Positions 29,295 to 32,000 of a DNA stretch of 32,000 nucleotides are shown in pieces. Position 1 is the stretch's first letter, and each line of letters opens with the position of its first letter. Under the pieces are notes generated by a model. That model worked only from the letters and a program-made list of their open reading frames with translations, searched no databases and was not told where the DNA came from. The position numbers were made by a program, and so were the translations under genes. Where the stretch lies: contig NC_020304.1 of the NCBI RefSeq assembly GCF_000341395.1, positions 1,290,001-1,322,000 of the forward strand, in the 5' to 3' direction. The stretch is from Desulfocapsa sulfexigens DSM 10523 (GTDB lineage: Bacteria > Desulfobacterota > Desulfobulbia > Desulfobulbales > Desulfocapsaceae).

Positions 29295-29656
29295 AGTTTG
29301 TTGTTTCCATAAAACTATTTTGATCAGGACCTTGTATCAGTCTAGTCTTTATTTATCAGTAGGAACACTGCATTTTAGTGGTTGAATTATGTAGAGAATA
29401 CCATACATCCGGCAGCAGGTCTTGATTTCATTCTGTCTTGAGAGCAAAATGATTAAAGGCCGTCGTAAGCAGGCTGGAACCATGTGAAAAGGGATTTTGA
29501 GATGGTTATCCTTGAAAAGTATAGTGTAGAAATGAAACCGGCTATACCTTGGATTCAGAAACAGTTGTTCCCTCTGTACCTTTAAAGTAAAGTTATAGAA
29601 AGAGGATACTCTGCCGTTTCTGATGAAACGATTTTCAATACTATGGTGAAGAAACT

Positions 29657-31113
29657 ATGAAGGATGCCGATATGGTTGCCTGGGAGTCTGACCTTTCCCG
29701 TCTCGATAATGCTCGGAAGGAGCTACGAGATGCTGTTGTTCCAGAGCTTCCGCAAAGCGATGAACCACTTTGTATAAATCCCACGTTGACTGTTCTGGCG
29801 ATGGATTGGAAGCATCTCTGCGAAGTCCTATACGACAAAAAAAGGCCCCTGTTCCGGAACGGGGGAAGGAGTATATTCTTCTCTATAAACGACCGGGTGA
29901 TGGTGCGATACACGTGGCTCCTGCAACGGATATGCAGCTTCTTGCTTTGAAAATGCTTATCGAGAACCTTGACCGTCACACAGTGGCTAAAGAAGCGGAT
30001 GTTGATATAGGAAAGATTGATGCCGCTATAGAAGAGGCCTGTAAACAGGGAGTTCTGTTGTCCTCTCCGTCTAAACTTGTGCGACCGGGAACTCATTATC
30101 CGGACGCGGGGGCGGATGGTTGGCAGCGCCACCTCCAGTCTGATTATTTCACCCTCCAGTGGCATGTAACTCAGGCCTGTGACCTTCATTGTAAACACTG
30201 TTATGACCGCTCAACCATTTCCCCGTTGACGCTGGATCAGGGAATAACGATTCTTGATCAGTTCCGGGACTTTGTTCTTGAACAGAAGGTGCATGGTCAG
30301 GTGACTTTTACCGGCGGTAATCCTCTTCTTTATGCTCATTTTCAAGAACTGTACCGAGAGGCGGCAAAACGCAATTTTACTATTGCAATTCTTGGCAACC
30401 CTACGACCAGGGAAGTTATTGAATCTTTGCAGAACATTCAGCCTCTCTCCTTTTATCAGGTGAGTCTCGAGGGATTGCCAGAGCACAACGATTCCATAAG
30501 AGGGACGGGGCATTTCGAACGAATTATGGAGTTTTTGAAGATTCTGGATGATCTCTCCATCTATTCCATGGTGATGTTGACCTTAACCCGTGAAAATATG
30601 GGTCAGGTACTGGAGCTTGCTGAAATTCTTCGTGGGAAGGTTAACCTCTTCACATTTAACCGTCTTTCCCAGACCGGAGAAGGTGCTGCACTTGCCACTG
30701 CGGATAAGGAAGAGTATCGGAAGTTCCTGGAGGAGTATCTAGAGGCAGCAAAATCGAATCCGACGATGGCCCTGAAGGATAATCTGATTAATATTATCAG
30801 ATCCGATCATAAGGAGAAACCATTTGGAGGCTGCACTGGTTTTGGCTGCGGTGCTGCTTTCAATTTCTGTTCTCTTTTACCGAACGGAGACATGCATGCA
30901 TGCCGTAAGTTTCAGTCCCCCATCGGGAATGTCCTGGAATCATCATTACTCGAGTTGTATCGATCAAAAGTGGCAGAGCAATACCGGACAGGGCCTTCGG
31001 AATGTAGAGGCTGCAAGATTCGTCCTGTTTGCGGTGGTTGTCAGGCTGTTATCCAGTCGAGTGGTCTGGATGTAAGGTTAAATAGAGACCCTTACTGTTT
31101 CGTAGATGATTGA
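29657..31113 (+). CDS. Radical SAM/SPASM peptide maturase, SbtM-like (selenobiotic / thio(seleno)oxazole family); apparent -1 frameshift at the A7 tract 29837-29843
   Basis: Frame 2 (29657-) encodes MKDADMVAWESDLSRLDNARKEL...PLCINPTLTVLAMDWKHLCEVLYDKK. Frame 1 continues APVPERGKEYILLYKRPGDG...CDLHCKHCYD (CxxxCxxC)...GGCTGFGCGAAFNFCSLLPNGDMHACRKFQSPIGN...CRGCKIRPVCGGCQ...DPYCF. Frame 1 has a stop at 29761-29763 and no in-frame ATG before the conserved region. Confidence 0.8.
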
Positions 31114-31910
31114 GCGCGTACCAGTATTAATTCCGCCACAATGGATACCGCTACTTCAGCGGGTGTTCTGGAAGATATGGGGATACCGATGGGGGCGTAA
31201 ATACGGTCTGTAGCAGTCTGCCACAGGTTCTTTTTTGTAAGGATTTCTTTAAAGGAGGCGATCTTCTTCTTACTTCCCATCACCCCAATATAGAGCGCTG
31301 GAGATTGAGTAGCCTGTTCAAGAACGGCTAGATCGCCTGCATGGTCTGGTCCTGCGATGATTATAAAGTCTTTGGGGGTTGTTATCTTTCTGGCCAGAAA
31401 CTGAGTGCCCTGTTGAAGGGAAAGGCTGCAGTTCTCAGGAAAGAACTCTGGCTGCATAAGTTCCCGACGTGGATCAACAATGCTTATCCCAAAACCATTT
31501 CTATCAGCCACCCAGGCAACTTCTCTTGCCACGTGACCCGCTCCCATAAGAAACAACCTGCAGGCATCATTCCGGGTGAGTTCTTTTTTCCAGAATGCAG
31601 CTGCATCGGCTTTGCCAAAATCAATCTTCTCCAACCGGATTTGCAGTGTTCCGCCACATGACGGGAGCGTTCCTGGAAGAATGGATTTTATTTCAATACG
31701 TTGTTCGTCTGTTGTGAGAGTTGCACAGGCATCAAGAATCTGCTGTTCATTACTGCCACCACCTATGGTGCCGGTAATAAGTTGTCCCGCAGCCCAGAGG
31801 AGTCTGTCGCCAGGTCTTGCGGGCCCACGGCCATCCGATGCAATAACGGTGGCAAGTACAGTACGGGTTTTATTTTTACAGAGGCTGTTGAAGACATTTT
31901 CATCAATCAT
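31092..31910 (-). CDS. XdhC/CoxI family protein (molybdenum-enzyme maturation type)
   Basis: VLATVIASDGRGPARPGDRLLW; GTIGGGSNEQQIL; LFLMGAGHVAREVAWVADRNGFGISIVDPR; LYIGVMGSKKKIASFKEIL; IYAPIGIPISSRTPAEVAVSIVAELI. Confidence 0.9.
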   Translation of the reverse strand: MIDENVFNSLCKNKTRTVLATVIASDGRGPARPGDRLLWAAGQLITGTIGGGSNEQQILDACATLTTDEQRIEIKSILPGTLPSCGGTLQIRLEKIDFGKADAAAFWKKELTRNDACRLFLMGAGHVAREVAWVADRNGFGISIVDPRRELMQPEFFPENCSLSLQQGTQFLARKITTPKDFIIIAGPDHAGDLAVLEQATQSPALYIGVMGSKKKIASFKEILTKKNLWQTATDRIYAPIGIPISSRTPAEVAVSIVAELILVRAQSSTKQ

Positions 31911-32000
31911 GATGAAAATGTCTTAATAGATATCGTCAAATATGTCAATAATCTCAGATATTAGTGGTAGGCGGGGGTTTGTTGTGGTGGAATGGTCGGT

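Noticed and set aside
29451-29528. Possible Sec-containing small ORF MIKGRRKQAGTM-TGA-KGILRWLSLKSIV considered as a RiPP precursor
   Set aside because: Only one TGA, no Cys repeats, no obvious SECIS-like hairpin right after the TGA, and no leader-core architecture.
29837-29843. Canonical -1 ribosomal frameshift heptamer at the A7 tract
   Set aside because: In the incoming frame the codons are GAC AAA AAA AGG, so the X XXY YYZ phasing (A AAA AAG) is not satisfied. If recoding occurs, transcriptional slippage is more plausible than programmed ribosomal frameshifting.
29641-30198. 185 aa minus-strand ORF opposite the start of the radical SAM gene
   Set aside because: The complementary strand carries the conserved maturase sequence. 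The antisense product looks random and Arg/Ser rich.
1-32000. CRISPR arrays, tRNA/rRNA genes, transposases, phage genes or defence systems
   Set aside because: No regularly spaced repeats, cloverleaf-like sequences or recognisable mobile or defence proteins were found on either strand.

Overview
This 32 kb window comes from a sulfate-reducer-like, probably Desulfobulbales-type deltaproteobacterial chromosome. That lineage call is inference from gene content only. Most of it is well-behaved core genome. (1) An N-terminally truncated uncharacterised gene, a DUF1456 gene, aspS and hisS on the minus strand, pcnB, and a chemotaxis receptor fused to a C-terminal hemerythrin domain. (2) A contiguous ~10 kb [NiFe] hydrogenase structural and maturation cluster: small subunit, large subunit, cytochrome b, hypF, hypC, hypD, hypE, maturation protease, hypA, hypB. 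A monoheme cytochrome c follows it. A strong 19-bp-arm palindrome separates hypD from hypE. (3) hemC, an endonuclease/exonuclease/phosphatase-family gene, a histidine kinase/response regulator pair, a laccase-domain (YfiH/PgeF-like) gene and a DUF3373-like outer-membrane protein with a textbook terminator. (4) A GNAT acetyltransferase, a DUF1566-like lipoprotein and a SrkA/YihE-like kinase. (5) The most unusual locus is at 29.5-31.1 kb: a radical SAM/SPASM peptide maturase resembling the SbtM (selenobiotic, thio/selenooxazole) family. Its reading frame appears broken at an A7 homopolymer, it has no precursor peptide visible in standard ORFs, and a convergent xdhC-like gene lies downstream. No CRISPR array, tRNA, rRNA or transposase was recognised.
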